Shown here: positions 48,842 to 60,959 of the stretch, in pieces
How positions within the stretch are numbered: the first letter of the stretch is position 1
How the letters are laid out: each line of letters starts with the position of its first letter
Assembly: GCA_903901225.1 (NCBI GenBank)
Contig: CAIUQE010000019.1
Coordinates: 1,146 to 65,145 of the forward strand
DNA from: Candidatus Omnitrophota bacterium
Lineage (GTDB): Bacteria > Omnitrophota > Gorgyraeia > Zapsychrales > Fredricksoniimonadaceae
Reading direction: 5' to 3'
DNA: 64,000 nucleotides
Notes under the pieces: generated by a model
The model's database searches: none
Told to the model about the DNA's origin: nothing
Seen by the model: the letters and a program-made list of their open reading frames with translations, nothing else
Translations under genes and position numbers: made by a program

Positions 48842-49940
48842 ATGAATGAAATGTTATCCAGAAAAATAAGAGAGCTTGACCAGAAGATCTCCGACCTTCG
48901 GGGGTTTCTTTGACCTGCCCAGACTTGTTGAACGTATCCATGTGACCGAAGCGCGTATGGCGGCCCCTGATTTCTGGAACAACCAGGACGAGGCCAACAA
49001 GCTTATCAAGGAATTGAAGGGCCTTAAGGGGGCGGTCGACCCTCTGACGCAGGCCGAGAAGCTGATCACGGACGCGCGCGAACTGCTGGAGCTCGCCGAA
49101 GGCGACGCCGCGATGGAGAGCCAGATCGAGGCGGATGTCCAGTCACTCATCCCCATCGTGGGCAAACTTGAGATCCAGACGCTGCTGGCCGGGCCGTATG
49201 ATAATTGCAATGCCATCGTGAGCCTCAATTCGGGCGCCGGTGGCACGGAGTCGTGCGACTGGACCGGTATGCTGTTTCGCATGTACACGCGCTGGGCCGA
49301 GAGCAAGGGCTGCAAGGTCGAAGTCTTTGATATCCTGCCCGGTGAAGAGGCCGGCATCAAGAATGTTTCGTTCCGCGTGGAAGGCGACAAGGTGTATGGG
49401 TTCCTCAAGGCGGAAAAGGGCGTGCACCGCCTGGTGCGCATTTCCCCGTTCGATTCGAACAAGCGCCGCCACACGTCCTTCGCCTCTTTCGACGTGATCC
49501 CCGAGATCGAGGATGACACAGAGGTGGAGATCAACCCCGACGACCTGAAGGTCGACGTTTTTCGTTCCTCCGGTCCCGGCGGGCAGAGCGTGAACACCGC
49601 GGATTCGGCGGTGCGCATCACCCACATACCGACGGGTTTTATCACCCAGAGCCAGGTCGAGCGTTCGCAGCTGCAGAACAAGGCCCGCTGTATGAAGGTG
49701 TTGAAGGCGAAATTATTTGAATTGAAGCAGCAGGAAATGGATAATAAACTGGCCGCGGAAGCGGGCCAGAAACAGAAGATCGAGTGGGGGAGCCAGATCC
49801 GTTCCTACGTCATGCAGCCTTACCAGATGGTCAAGGACCACCGCACGGACGCCGAAACGGGCAATATCCAGAAGGTCATGGACGGGGACATTGACATGTT
49901 CATCGAGGCTTTCCTCAAGATGAAGCCGCACGACAAATAG
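48842..49940 (+). CDS. prfB: Peptide chain release factor 2, with programmed +1 frameshift
   Basis: ATG 48842 frame reads ...CGG GGG TTT CTT TGA C (CTT at 48908-48910); the +1 frame has SPF and GPGGQ. Confidence 0.96.
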
Positions 49941-49949
49941 GAAAAAACC

Positions 49950-52945
<2,996 letters not shown>

Positions 52946-52949
<4 letters not shown>

Positions 52950-54460
52950 TCCGCGCGGCTGGCGGCATCCTCACGGCGGTCCTGCTGTCATTGTGTTTTC
53001 CATCGGGAAACATGGCGTGGTGCGCGTGGTTCGCCCTCATTCCGCTCATCCTGGCGGCCGCAGGCACCCGTCCTTCGCGCGCCCTGGGGCATGGTTATGC
53101 CGCCGGGTTCGTTTTTTTTATTCTGACCCTTTTCTGGATCCATCACGTCACGGCCCTTGGGCTGATCCTCCTGTCGGCTTATCTTGCCGTTTACTGGGGG
53201 ATATTCGCCGCGGGTGCGGCCTGGAGCGCGTCGTGGACCCTGGCCCGTCGCGCGATTTTCCTTCCCGCGCTGTGGACCGCCCTGGAGTATGCGCGGGCGC
53301 GCGCGTTTACGGGCTTCGGCTGGTCGTCGCTGGCGCATACCCAAAGCGCGAATATCTTCTTCATCCAGATCGCGGACATCACCGGCACTTACGGTGTTTC
53401 CTTCATCATGGTGGCGGTGGCGGTCATTGTCGGTGATGTTCTGCGCGCGGCCTATCGCGAGGGCAGGATCGGCCGGGAGGTTCGCGGCCCGCTCTTTGGT
53501 CTTGTGCTGGTGCTGGGTCTGGTGTTGTGTTACGGGTTATGGCGCGTCAGCGGCCTGGAGAAGTCGTCCTCTTCCCGGACAATCCGCGTGGCCCTTGTCC
53601 AGCCGAATATTTCCCTGGCGGATGACTGGGACCCTTTGCTCAGGTCCAATGTCGTCGACAGGCATCTGGCCCTGAGCCGTGCCGCCATGGCCCTCAAACC
53701 CGATCTTGTCGTATGGCCGGAAACAGCGTTCCCCGCGTTCATCTGGGAACAGCCTGATCTTTTTGAGAAGCTCCGGGCGTTCACGCGTGAGAACAGGGTC
53801 AGGCTTCTTTTCGGCGCCGTGACCCGTTCTGGCCAGGCCTATTTCAATTCCGCCATTCTCGTTGATGAAACAGGGCGCCCCGGTGGCCGTTACGATAAGC
53901 AGCACCTGGTGCTTTTTGGCGAGTATATCCCGTTGCGCCGGGAGCTGCCGTTCCTGGCCAGCATCGTGCCCATCGATGATTTCACGCCCGGAAAAAGCAA
54001 CACAGTTTTTCCGCTGGGACGGGGGTTGTTCTTTTCGGCGCTTGTCTGTTTCGAAGACACGCTTCCCGAATTGACCCGCCGGGCCGCGGCGGACGGTGCG
54101 GAATTCCTGGTCAATATTACCAATGACGCGTGGTTCGGGCCGTCACGCCAGCCGTGGATGCATCTGGATAATGCCGTTTTTAGGGCGGTTGAATCTCGCC
54201 TTCCATTATTACGCGCTACCAAGACCGGGGTGAGTTGCGCGGTGATGCCGGATGGTCGCGTCACCGGCTGTGTGGCGGATGACAGGGGCCGGTCCGTGAT
54301 GGTGGAAGGCGTCAAGGTCGTGGAGTTTCCCGTGATGGCGCCGCCGCCTACCTTTTACACAAAGTACGGAGATATTTTTGCAATGCTCGTTTTTATCGCT
54401 ATACTAGGGGTTGTATTGGTAAAAAATCCAGGAGCGGAGGCTAGCAATGTCCGATCATGA
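52946..54460 (+). CDS. lnt: Apolipoprotein N-acyltransferase
   Basis: N-terminal TMs; VWPE, YDK.HLV.FGEYIP, CFE, NITNDAWFG. Confidence 0.95.
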
Positions 54461-54830
54461 CCGTATTTTTAAAGTGTTGATCATTGATGACGATAAAGGT
54501 TTGCAGAGGATGCTCCAGATCGTGCTGGGCACTCACGGGTTTGATATTGTATCCGCGTTCACGGGTGAAGAAGGGCTTTCACTGGCCAAAGCGGAGAAGC
54601 CGGATGCCATCGTCCTGGACGTCATGATGCCGGGGATCAAGGGGCGGGATGTGTGCCGCACCCTCAAGGCGGATGCCGCCACGCGGGATATTCCCGTGCT
54701 TATCCTGAGCGCGAAAGATTCGGATGATGATATCGCCGCGGAGCTTGCCGCCGGCGCGGTCGCCCATCTTACGAAGCCCGTCAATTCCACGTCGCTTGTC
54801 CGGAAGGTTAAGCAGATCCTGGGGGCCTGA
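54447..54830 (+). CDS. Single-domain response regulator
   Basis: LIIDDD, PD.IVLDVMMP, LSA, KP. Confidence 0.92.
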   Translation: MSDHDRIFKVLIIDDDKGLQRMLQIVLGTHGFDIVSAFTGEEGLSLAKAEKPDAIVLDVMMPGIKGRDVCRTLKADAATRDIPVLILSAKDSDDDIAAELAAGAVAHLTKPVNSTSLVRKVKQILGA

Positions 54831-55714
54831 TGTCCCGGTTTTTGTTCAACCTGCTTTACGGCGTTATCCGTTCCCTCCCGTACTGGCTTTATCACGCTTT
54901 GGCCTTGCTTGGGGCGTGGGTCATTTACAGCGTGTCCGCCCGCCTGCGGCGCAATGCCCTCGAAAGCCTTGCGATCGCGTTCGGCGATACGATCTCGCCG
55001 CGTTCCAAAGATGTTATCGCGCGGGAATCTTTCCTGAGCCTTACGCTGGGTATCGCGGACCTTGCTTTTTATATTGCCCGTCCCGGCCGCGCGGCCGATG
55101 TTTTTTCTTTGGAGGGGGGCGCGTATCTCCAGGAGGCGCGGCAGAAGGGTGCCGGCGCGGTCGTGGCCGTCGCGCATCTGGGGCCTTTCGCGGCCATGCT
55201 TTTTAAATTTCTTTATGAAGGCCACAAGGTGTGGGTGGTGATGCGCCCGCCTCGCAGCGAGGCCCTGCGCAAGGACCTTATCAGCCGCCGGGACACGTTC
55301 GCGCCCCAGCCCATCTACAGCACGCCGATCCGTGAATGCGTCGTCGCTTGTTCCCAGGTGTTGCGGCGCAATGAGGTCCTGGTCATGCCCGTGGACCAGA
55401 ATTACGGAGGGCCAGGGCGGGTTTTTGTTGATTTCTTCGGGCGCAAGGCGGCAACGGCCGCAGGTCCCGCGGCTTACGCGGCCAAGACGGGGGCGGCGCT
55501 CCTGACGGCGTTCGCCAGGCCTAACGGGCGGGGGCGCTGGAAGATCACGGTCGCGCCCGTGGCGATCGACCGGACGGTTCCTGAACAGGAGGCCATCCTG
55601 AAAGCGACGCAGGAGATCACGGCGCGCGTCGAGGCCGAGGCCCGCGCGAACCCCGGAGAATGGTCGTGGATGCATCGCCGCTGGAAAGCGGTCCCCAGGG
55701 AAGGAGAGGTTTAG
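54830..55714 (+). CDS. Lipid A biosynthesis acyltransferase (LpxL/HtrB family)
   Basis: AHLG, DQ....G.VFVDFFG..A.T, P.EW.WMHRRWK. Confidence 0.85.
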   Translation: MSRFLFNLLYGVIRSLPYWLYHALALLGAWVIYSVSARLRRNALESLAIAFGDTISPRSKDVIARESFLSLTLGIADLAFYIARPGRAADVFSLEGGAYLQEARQKGAGAVVAVAHLGPFAAMLFKFLYEGHKVWVVMRPPRSEALRKDLISRRDTFAPQPIYSTPIRECVVACSQVLRRNEVLVMPVDQNYGGPGRVFVDFFGRKAATAAGPAAYAAKTGAALLTAFARPNGRGRWKITVAPVAIDRTVPEQEAILKATQEITARVEAEARANPGEWSWMHRRWKAVPREGEV

Positions 55715-55715
55715 C

Positions 55716-55880
55716 ATGTTGAAAAAAACACTATTCTTTATTATCGGGTTCGCGCTGGTCATTGCCGGCATCACCCTGACGCTGCGCGACTGGTTTTTCC
55801 TGGTCATGGTCTTTCGCGGGGTTATCGGCCCGCTCATGGCCGTTATCGGGCTGGTCGTCCTGACGCTGATCAAAGATTGA
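55716..55880 (+). CDS. Small 2-TM membrane protein (54 aa)
   Basis: GGAGAGG RBS; MLKKTLFFIIGFALVIAGITLTLRDWFFLVMVFRGVIGPLMAVIGLVVLTLIKD*; below the ORF-track length cutoff. Confidence 0.7.
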   Translation: MLKKTLFFIIGFALVIAGITLTLRDWFFLVMVFRGVIGPLMAVIGLVVLTLIKD

Positions 55881-55943
55881 TTTGGACAGAACGCCGCGGC
55901 TCGGCTATATTAGGTTGTCATTTCCCCTAACAGGAGAATCATT

Positions 55944-56567
55944 ATGTTCCAGTTGTTCCCCCACGAAGTGAATTTTTTTGACCTTTTCGAGAAACAGTCC
56001 GCGTGCCTGCTGGATGCGGCGGCGGCGCTGAAGTCCGCGGTCGCCAAGGGCACCGTCGACATTGACGCGCTCCAGAGGGTCCACCAGATCGAGGAAGAAG
56101 CGGACAAGGCTTCCTTCGCGGTCATTTCGCAGCTCAACAAGTCCTTCATTACGCCGTTCGACCGTGAAGACATCCACGCGCTGACGAAAGCGCTCGACGA
56201 TGTTGTCGACATGATGAACACGATCGCCAACCGCATGTCCGTCTACAAGATCAATGAGGTCCGCCAGAACCTCATCGCCTTCGCGCTCGTCATAGAAGAG
56301 TCCGTCCGGGCCCTCAATGAGGCGGTCCGCAAGATGCGCGACATGAAGCATTACCAGCTGGTCATGAACGCCTGCATCGAGGTCAGCCGCCTCGAGAACA
56401 TCTCCGATTCCATGCGGGATACCGCGCTGGCCGGGCTGTTCGAGACGGAGAAGGACCCCATCATCGTCATCAAGTGGAAAGAGCTTTATGAGGACGCGGA
56501 AATGGTGCTGGACATCTGTGAGGACGCGGCCCATGTCGTTGAATCCATCATGCTCAAGCAGGCGTAA
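55944..56567 (+). CDS. DUF47 phosphate transport regulator
   Basis: FF.LFE, E.EAD, FITPFDREDI..L...LDDV.D, LEN..D, D.CED.A; directly upstream of PiT. Confidence 0.92.
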   Translation: MFQLFPHEVNFFDLFEKQSACLLDAAAALKSAVAKGTVDIDALQRVHQIEEEADKASFAVISQLNKSFITPFDREDIHALTKALDDVVDMMNTIANRMSVYKINEVRQNLIAFALVIEESVRALNEAVRKMRDMKHYQLVMNACIEVSRLENISDSMRDTALAGLFETEKDPIIVIKWKELYEDAEMVLDICEDAAHVVESIMLKQA

Positions 56568-56573
56568 GGCATC

Positions 56574-57575
56574 ATGACCCTGGAAATATTTTTTCTTGTT
56601 TTTCTCGCTTTGGTGTTCGATTTTTTGAACGGGTTCCACGACTCCGCCAACGCGATCGCCACCATCGTGTCGACGCGCGTCCTGACACCGCGCCAGGCGG
56701 TGCTGTGGGCCGGTTGTTTCGAGTTCCTTTCCCTTGTCATTTTCTTCTTTATCGGGCTGCACGTGGCGAACACGGTCGGTAAGGGCATCATCGATATCCA
56801 TATCGTGAACAATGAGGTCATTTTTGGCGCGCTGATGGGGGCGTGCAGCTGGAACATCATCACCTGGTATTTCGGCATCCCGACCAGTTCTTCGCACGCG
56901 TTGATCGGCGGCATGATCGGTTCGGCGCTGGTCAAGGCCGGCCCCAAGGCCCTGGTCGCGGCGGGGATCATTAAGACCGTGTCGTTCATTTTCATATCGC
57001 CGCTCGTGGGGCTTGTGCTGGGTGTCATCTTGGGGCGGCTGGTGTACTGGCTTTTCCGGCATTCCTCGCCTTACAAGGTGGATTTCTTCTTCCGCAAGGG
57101 GCAATTGTTCTCGGCCGCGCTTTACAGCATGGGGCACGGCGGCAATGACGCGCAAAAGACCATGGGCATCATCGCCAGCCTGCTTTTTTCGGCCGGCCTC
57201 CTGGGCGAGAAATTCTATGTCCCGGTGTGGGTCATGGTCGCGTGTTTCGCCGCGATATCGTGCGGCATCATGTTCGGCGGCTGGCGCATTGTCAAGACCA
57301 TGGGGCAGAAGATCGCCAAGCTCAAGCCTGTGGACGGGTTCTGCGCCGAGACGGGCGCCGCGATGATGCTGTTCACCGCGACGTTCTTCGGCGTGCCGGT
57401 ATCCACGACGCAGACGATCACCGGGTCCATTATGGGCGTTGGTTCGCGCCGGCGCCTGAGCGCGGTGAAATGGGGCGTGGCGGGCAATATTGTTGTGGCC
57501 TGGATCATCACGATCCCGTGTTCCGCCGCCATTGCCGCGCTGGCCTACGGGGTGGCGCACACGATCAGAGGATGA
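56574..57575 (+). CDS. Inorganic phosphate transporter (PiT family)
   Basis: NGFHDSANAIAT.VSTR, GIPTSSSHALIGG, HGGNDAQK.MG, PVSTT. Confidence 0.95.
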   Translation: MTLEIFFLVFLALVFDFLNGFHDSANAIATIVSTRVLTPRQAVLWAGCFEFLSLVIFFFIGLHVANTVGKGIIDIHIVNNEVIFGALMGACSWNIITWYFGIPTSSSHALIGGMIGSALVKAGPKALVAAGIIKTVSFIFISPLVGLVLGVILGRLVYWLFRHSSPYKVDFFFRKGQLFSAALYSMGHGGNDAQKTMGIIASLLFSAGLLGEKFYVPVWVMVACFAAISCGIMFGGWRIVKTMGQKIAKLKPVDGFCAETGAAMMLFTATFFGVPVSTTQTITGSIMGVGSRRRLSAVKWGVAGNIVVAWIITIPCSAAIAALAYGVAHTIRG

Positions 57576-57576
57576 C

Positions 57577-58215
57577 ATGCTCCTGCGTTTAAGAAAATAT
57601 TTCCTTTCCGGCCTTGCCGTTTTCCTGCCGCTGGTTTTTGCCATTTATGTTTTTATCTGGATCCTGAATTTCATGGAAAGCCTCCTGGGGCGGTACCTGA
57701 GGCCTTTCTTCATTGAGTATTACGATTTTTATTTCTGGGGCCTGGGGATATTGATCCTTCTACTGGTCGTTCTTTTCTGCGGCTTCTGCGTGACCCATTA
57801 TTTTGGCAAGGTGATCCACCGCGTCACGGAGCGCATTGTCCTGCGCATCCCGCTCTTGGGTAGCATTTATCCCGCTTTCCGTGAGATCGCGGGGTTCCTT
57901 TTCAGGGAACACGCTTCGAACATCCAACAGGTCGTGATGGTCGAGTGGCCCTGCAAGGGGATGTACATGATCGCGTTTCTGACCAACAAGACCGCTGAGC
58001 GCATCGCCGTGAAGGCCGGCAGGAAAATGTCGAATGTCATGATCCCGCATGTTCCCAATCCTCTCGTGGGTTTTGTCGTTATGGTGCCGGATGAAGATAT
58101 CGTTCCTTTACCCATCTCGATCGAGGAAGCGGTGAAGATCATTGTTTCCGGCGGCGTCATTAACGGCGAACCCCATCCCTATCTTCCCGGTCATGATGGC
58201 GTCACGAAAGCCTGA
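57577..58215 (+). CDS. DUF502 membrane protein
   Basis: YF..GL...LP, RIPL..SIY, V..EWP..G, P..PNP..GF, EEA.K.IVSGG. Confidence 0.9.
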   Translation: MLLRLRKYFLSGLAVFLPLVFAIYVFIWILNFMESLLGRYLRPFFIEYYDFYFWGLGILILLLVVLFCGFCVTHYFGKVIHRVTERIVLRIPLLGSIYPAFREIAGFLFREHASNIQQVVMVEWPCKGMYMIAFLTNKTAERIAVKAGRKMSNVMIPHVPNPLVGFVVMVPDEDIVPLPISIEEAVKIIVSGGVINGEPHPYLPGHDGVTKA

Positions 58216-58861
58216 CCTCAGCGGCGTCAAACTTGTTGTTTTTGACATTGACGGCACCCTTGTGGACGCGTATCCCGCTATCACCGACAGCGTGAATCAT
58301 ATGCTCAAGCGCATGGGTTACCCGCCGCAGTCGCTGGCCACGGTCAAGCGTTCGGTCGGCTGGGGTGTGGACGGCCTGGTGCGCAAGTTCGTTCCCGAAG
58401 AGCAGGCTGCCGCGGCGCTGGCTATTTTTCGACGGCATCATGACGCGCGCCTGCGCCGGAATATCCGGGTGCTTCCGGGCGTGAAGGCCCTTTTGCCTTT
58501 CCTGAAGCGGCGCGGCTGTGTCCTTGCCATCGCGAGCAACCGTCCCGCGAAATTCTGCCGGATCATCCTCAAGACGCTGGGCATCGGCGGATATTTCAAA
58601 TATGTTGTCTGCGGGGATTCGGTCAAGCGCGCCAAACCTTATCCCGACATGCTCAAGTGCATCCTGAAAAAGAGCGGTATCCGGGCCGGCCAGGCGGTTT
58701 ACGTGGGTGATATGACGGTTGATATCGAGTGCGGCCGCGCGGCAGGCGTTCCCACGCTGGCTGTGCCCACCGGTTCCTGCACGCGCGCCGAGCTCAAGGC
58801 CGCCAGGCCTGGCGCGTTGATCCGGCGTATCAGTGATCTGCGGGCGTTTCTCAGGCCTTAA
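58193..58861 (+). CDS. HAD-family hydrolase (phosphoglycolate phosphatase-like)
   Basis: FDIDGTLVD, ASN, KPYPD, YVGD...DI. Confidence 0.92.
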   Translation: MMASRKPDLSGVKLVVFDIDGTLVDAYPAITDSVNHMLKRMGYPPQSLATVKRSVGWGVDGLVRKFVPEEQAAAALAIFRRHHDARLRRNIRVLPGVKALLPFLKRRGCVLAIASNRPAKFCRIILKTLGIGGYFKYVVCGDSVKRAKPYPDMLKCILKKSGIRAGQAVYVGDMTVDIECGRAAGVPTLAVPTGSCTRAELKAARPGALIRRISDLRAFLRP

Positions 58862-58936
58862 AAAAACATTTTTTTTGTTTTTGAAGAGTGCTGATGTGTT
58901 AAAATCATCACATTCAGGGACTTTTACGGGGAAATC

Positions 58937-59326
58937 ATGTTGAAAAAAAGTTTTTTGGCGATGATCCTGGCAGGCATATGCGCTTTTTCAGCGAGCGGTT
59001 GTATTTATTTGGCCGTCGGGGCTGCGGGTGTCGTTGGCGGTTATGTGGTAAGCCCTGATACGGTGGAAGGCAGTGTGGCCCACTCTTTTGAAGACACCTG
59101 GAACGCGGCCAAAGAGATCACGGGCATCATGGGCAAGATCGTCGAGGAGAACAGCTCCCAGGGTGTCCTTCTGGCTGACATCAATGCGGCCCGCGTGACG
59201 GTCACGCTGGTATCCGTCAACGGGACAACTACCAAGATATCCATCAAAGCGCGTAAATCCTTCATGCCCAAGGTTGACCTGGCCCAGGATGTCTACATCA
59301 AGATCGTCAACAGTTTTGAGCGTTGA
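58937..59326 (+). CDS. DUF3568-like lipoprotein
   Basis: Lipobox ASGC followed by a Gly/Ala-rich segment and a small alpha/beta domain. Confidence 0.6.
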   Translation: MLKKSFLAMILAGICAFSASGCIYLAVGAAGVVGGYVVSPDTVEGSVAHSFEDTWNAAKEITGIMGKIVEENSSQGVLLADINAARVTVTLVSVNGTTTKISIKARKSFMPKVDLAQDVYIKIVNSFER

Positions 59327-59347
59327 TCTCCCCACGACATTTTTGAT

Positions 59348-59375
59348 TTGACAACAAGCGGCGGACGGATAGAAT
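59348..59375 (+). promoter_or_regulatory. Sigma70 promoter of tRNA-Phe
   Basis: TTGACA-16 nt-TAGAAT, 14 nt before the tRNA. Confidence 0.7.
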
Positions 59376-59389
59376 AGCTTTTCTATTTC

Positions 59390-59462
59390 GCCGAGATAGC
59401 TCAGTTGGTAGAGCGAAGGACTGAAAATCCTTGCGTCCCCAGTTCAATTCTGGGTCTCGGCA
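59390..59462 (+). tRNA. tRNA-Phe (GAA); CCA not encoded
   Basis: Acceptor GCCGAGA/TCTCGGC, D arm GCTC/GAGC, anticodon arm AAGGA-CTGAAAA-TCCTT, T arm CCCAG-TTCAATT-CTGGG. Confidence 0.97.
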
Positions 59463-59479
59463 CTTTTTTCTTCCGCAGC

Positions 59480-59522
59480 GCAAGAAACCCGCTTCCCGAA
59501 AGGGCGCGGGTTTCTTGCTTAT
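59480..59522 (+). terminator. Hairpin terminator after tRNA-Phe
   Basis: GCAAGAAACCCGC...CCCGAAAGGG...GCGGGTTTCTTGC followed by TTATT. Confidence 0.7.
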
Positions 59523-59679
59523 TGGGGAAGAAAAAAGTGCCCTGGCGAGGCTCCGCCCGATCCGGGGCATATTCTTTCTATGAGGGGTTCGACTTTCGTC
59601 CTTTTTTTGCTTTTTTCTCTAAAGTCCGATAAAATAGGCTTCGTTCCGTAATGAAAAAATATTTCTCAGGGAGGTGCGT

Positions 59680-60393
59680 ATGGTCAGGAAAATACTGTTG
59701 CTGGCGGTGGTCGTGGCGGGTGCGATGATGGCGGGGCTGGCGCGTGCCGAGCAGGTTCAGCCGCTGCAGGTGGCTCTTTTCACGCCGGTGCAGCTTGTCC
59801 CGCCGGGTGAGTTTATTCGGGGGCTTCGTCTTGACCTGATCTACGGCGAGAATGAAAACGTGAGCGGCATTGACCTTGGCCTGGCGAACAGGACGGACGC
59901 GAATTTTGAAGGGATCCAGTGGGGCGCGGTTAACCTCAACGGCGGCCACACCTTCGGCTGGCAGTCGGCTTTCGTGAATATTGATGGCACGCGGATGGTG
60001 GGCTTGCAGACGGGCCTTCTGAATACGGTCGACGGCGACACGACTGGTATCCAATGGGGTGTTGTCAATTGGAACGCGGGGTTCGTCCATGGCTGGCAGG
60101 AAGGGCTGTTCAATTATGTCGGGGGCGAATTCATTGGCTGGCAGGATGGCGGGTTAAACGTTGTCCAGGGCGGGGCCAAGGGCCTTCAGACCGGCCTTGT
60201 GAACCTTGTGGACGGCCCGTTCAGCGGGGTGCAGGTCGGGTTCATCTGGAATTACGCGCAGTCCGTGCATGGCGTGCAGATCGGCCTTGTGAATGCCACG
60301 AAGTCGCTCAATGGCCTGCAGGTCGGCATCGCCAATTACAATGGCAACAAACAGCCGTTCGAGTTTTTCCCTATCGTTAACTGGTCATTCTAA
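59680..60393 (+). CDS. Exported Gly/Gln/Asn-rich repeat protein (LA_2272-like)
   Basis: Signal peptide; repeated G.Q.G.VN units; C-terminal PIVNWSF. Confidence 0.75.
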   Translation: MVRKILLLAVVVAGAMMAGLARAEQVQPLQVALFTPVQLVPPGEFIRGLRLDLIYGENENVSGIDLGLANRTDANFEGIQWGAVNLNGGHTFGWQSAFVNIDGTRMVGLQTGLLNTVDGDTTGIQWGVVNWNAGFVHGWQEGLFNYVGGEFIGWQDGGLNVVQGGAKGLQTGLVNLVDGPFSGVQVGFIWNYAQSVHGVQIGLVNATKSLNGLQVGIANYNGNKQPFEFFPIVNWSF

Positions 60394-60411
60394 GGCAGGA
60401 GGAATCGCCTC

Positions 60412-60726
60412 ATGAAAAAGTGCCCTTTTTGCGCGGAAGAGATCCAGGATGCGGCCATCAAGTGCCGTCATTGCAATGAGTTCCTTGACCCGGGCCGCAA
60501 GCCGGTCAATGATACCCGGCCGTGGTATTTTCGCACGACGACGATCGTTACCGCGATCCTCTGCGTGATGGCACTGGCGCTTCCGCTGGTGTGGTTCAAT
60601 CCTTATTACAGCCGCCTGAAGAAGATCATCATTTCGGTGATCGTGATCGTGGCGACGTATTTCCTGTGGACCTGGACGTCGCAGGCGCTGCAGACGATCC
60701 AGGGGACGTACAAAATGGTTTTGTGA
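60412..60726 (+). CDS. Zinc-ribbon membrane protein
   Basis: KKCPFCAEEI...AIKCRHC plus two TMs; AGGAGG RBS. Confidence 0.82.
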   Translation: MKKCPFCAEEIQDAAIKCRHCNEFLDPGRKPVNDTRPWYFRTTTIVTAILCVMALALPLVWFNPYYSRLKKIIISVIVIVATYFLWTWTSQALQTIQGTYKMVL

Positions 60727-60959
60727 GAATGCCGGGGACATATTGAGTTATTCCGGATCCTGGCCTTCTGTCAAGCCTTCTCATCAGGAATTATAAGTAT
60801 TTCGTATTAAAGCACACTATAAAGCCTCTATTCTTCAGCTACTTACAAGAAATAGTAGTAGCGTTTTCTCGCCGGACCGTTCGATCGCATACCCCATATA
60901 TATTTATAGACTATACTTACTTTAACGGCGTGGTGGCCGTCTGACCAAGGGGCGAGGGG

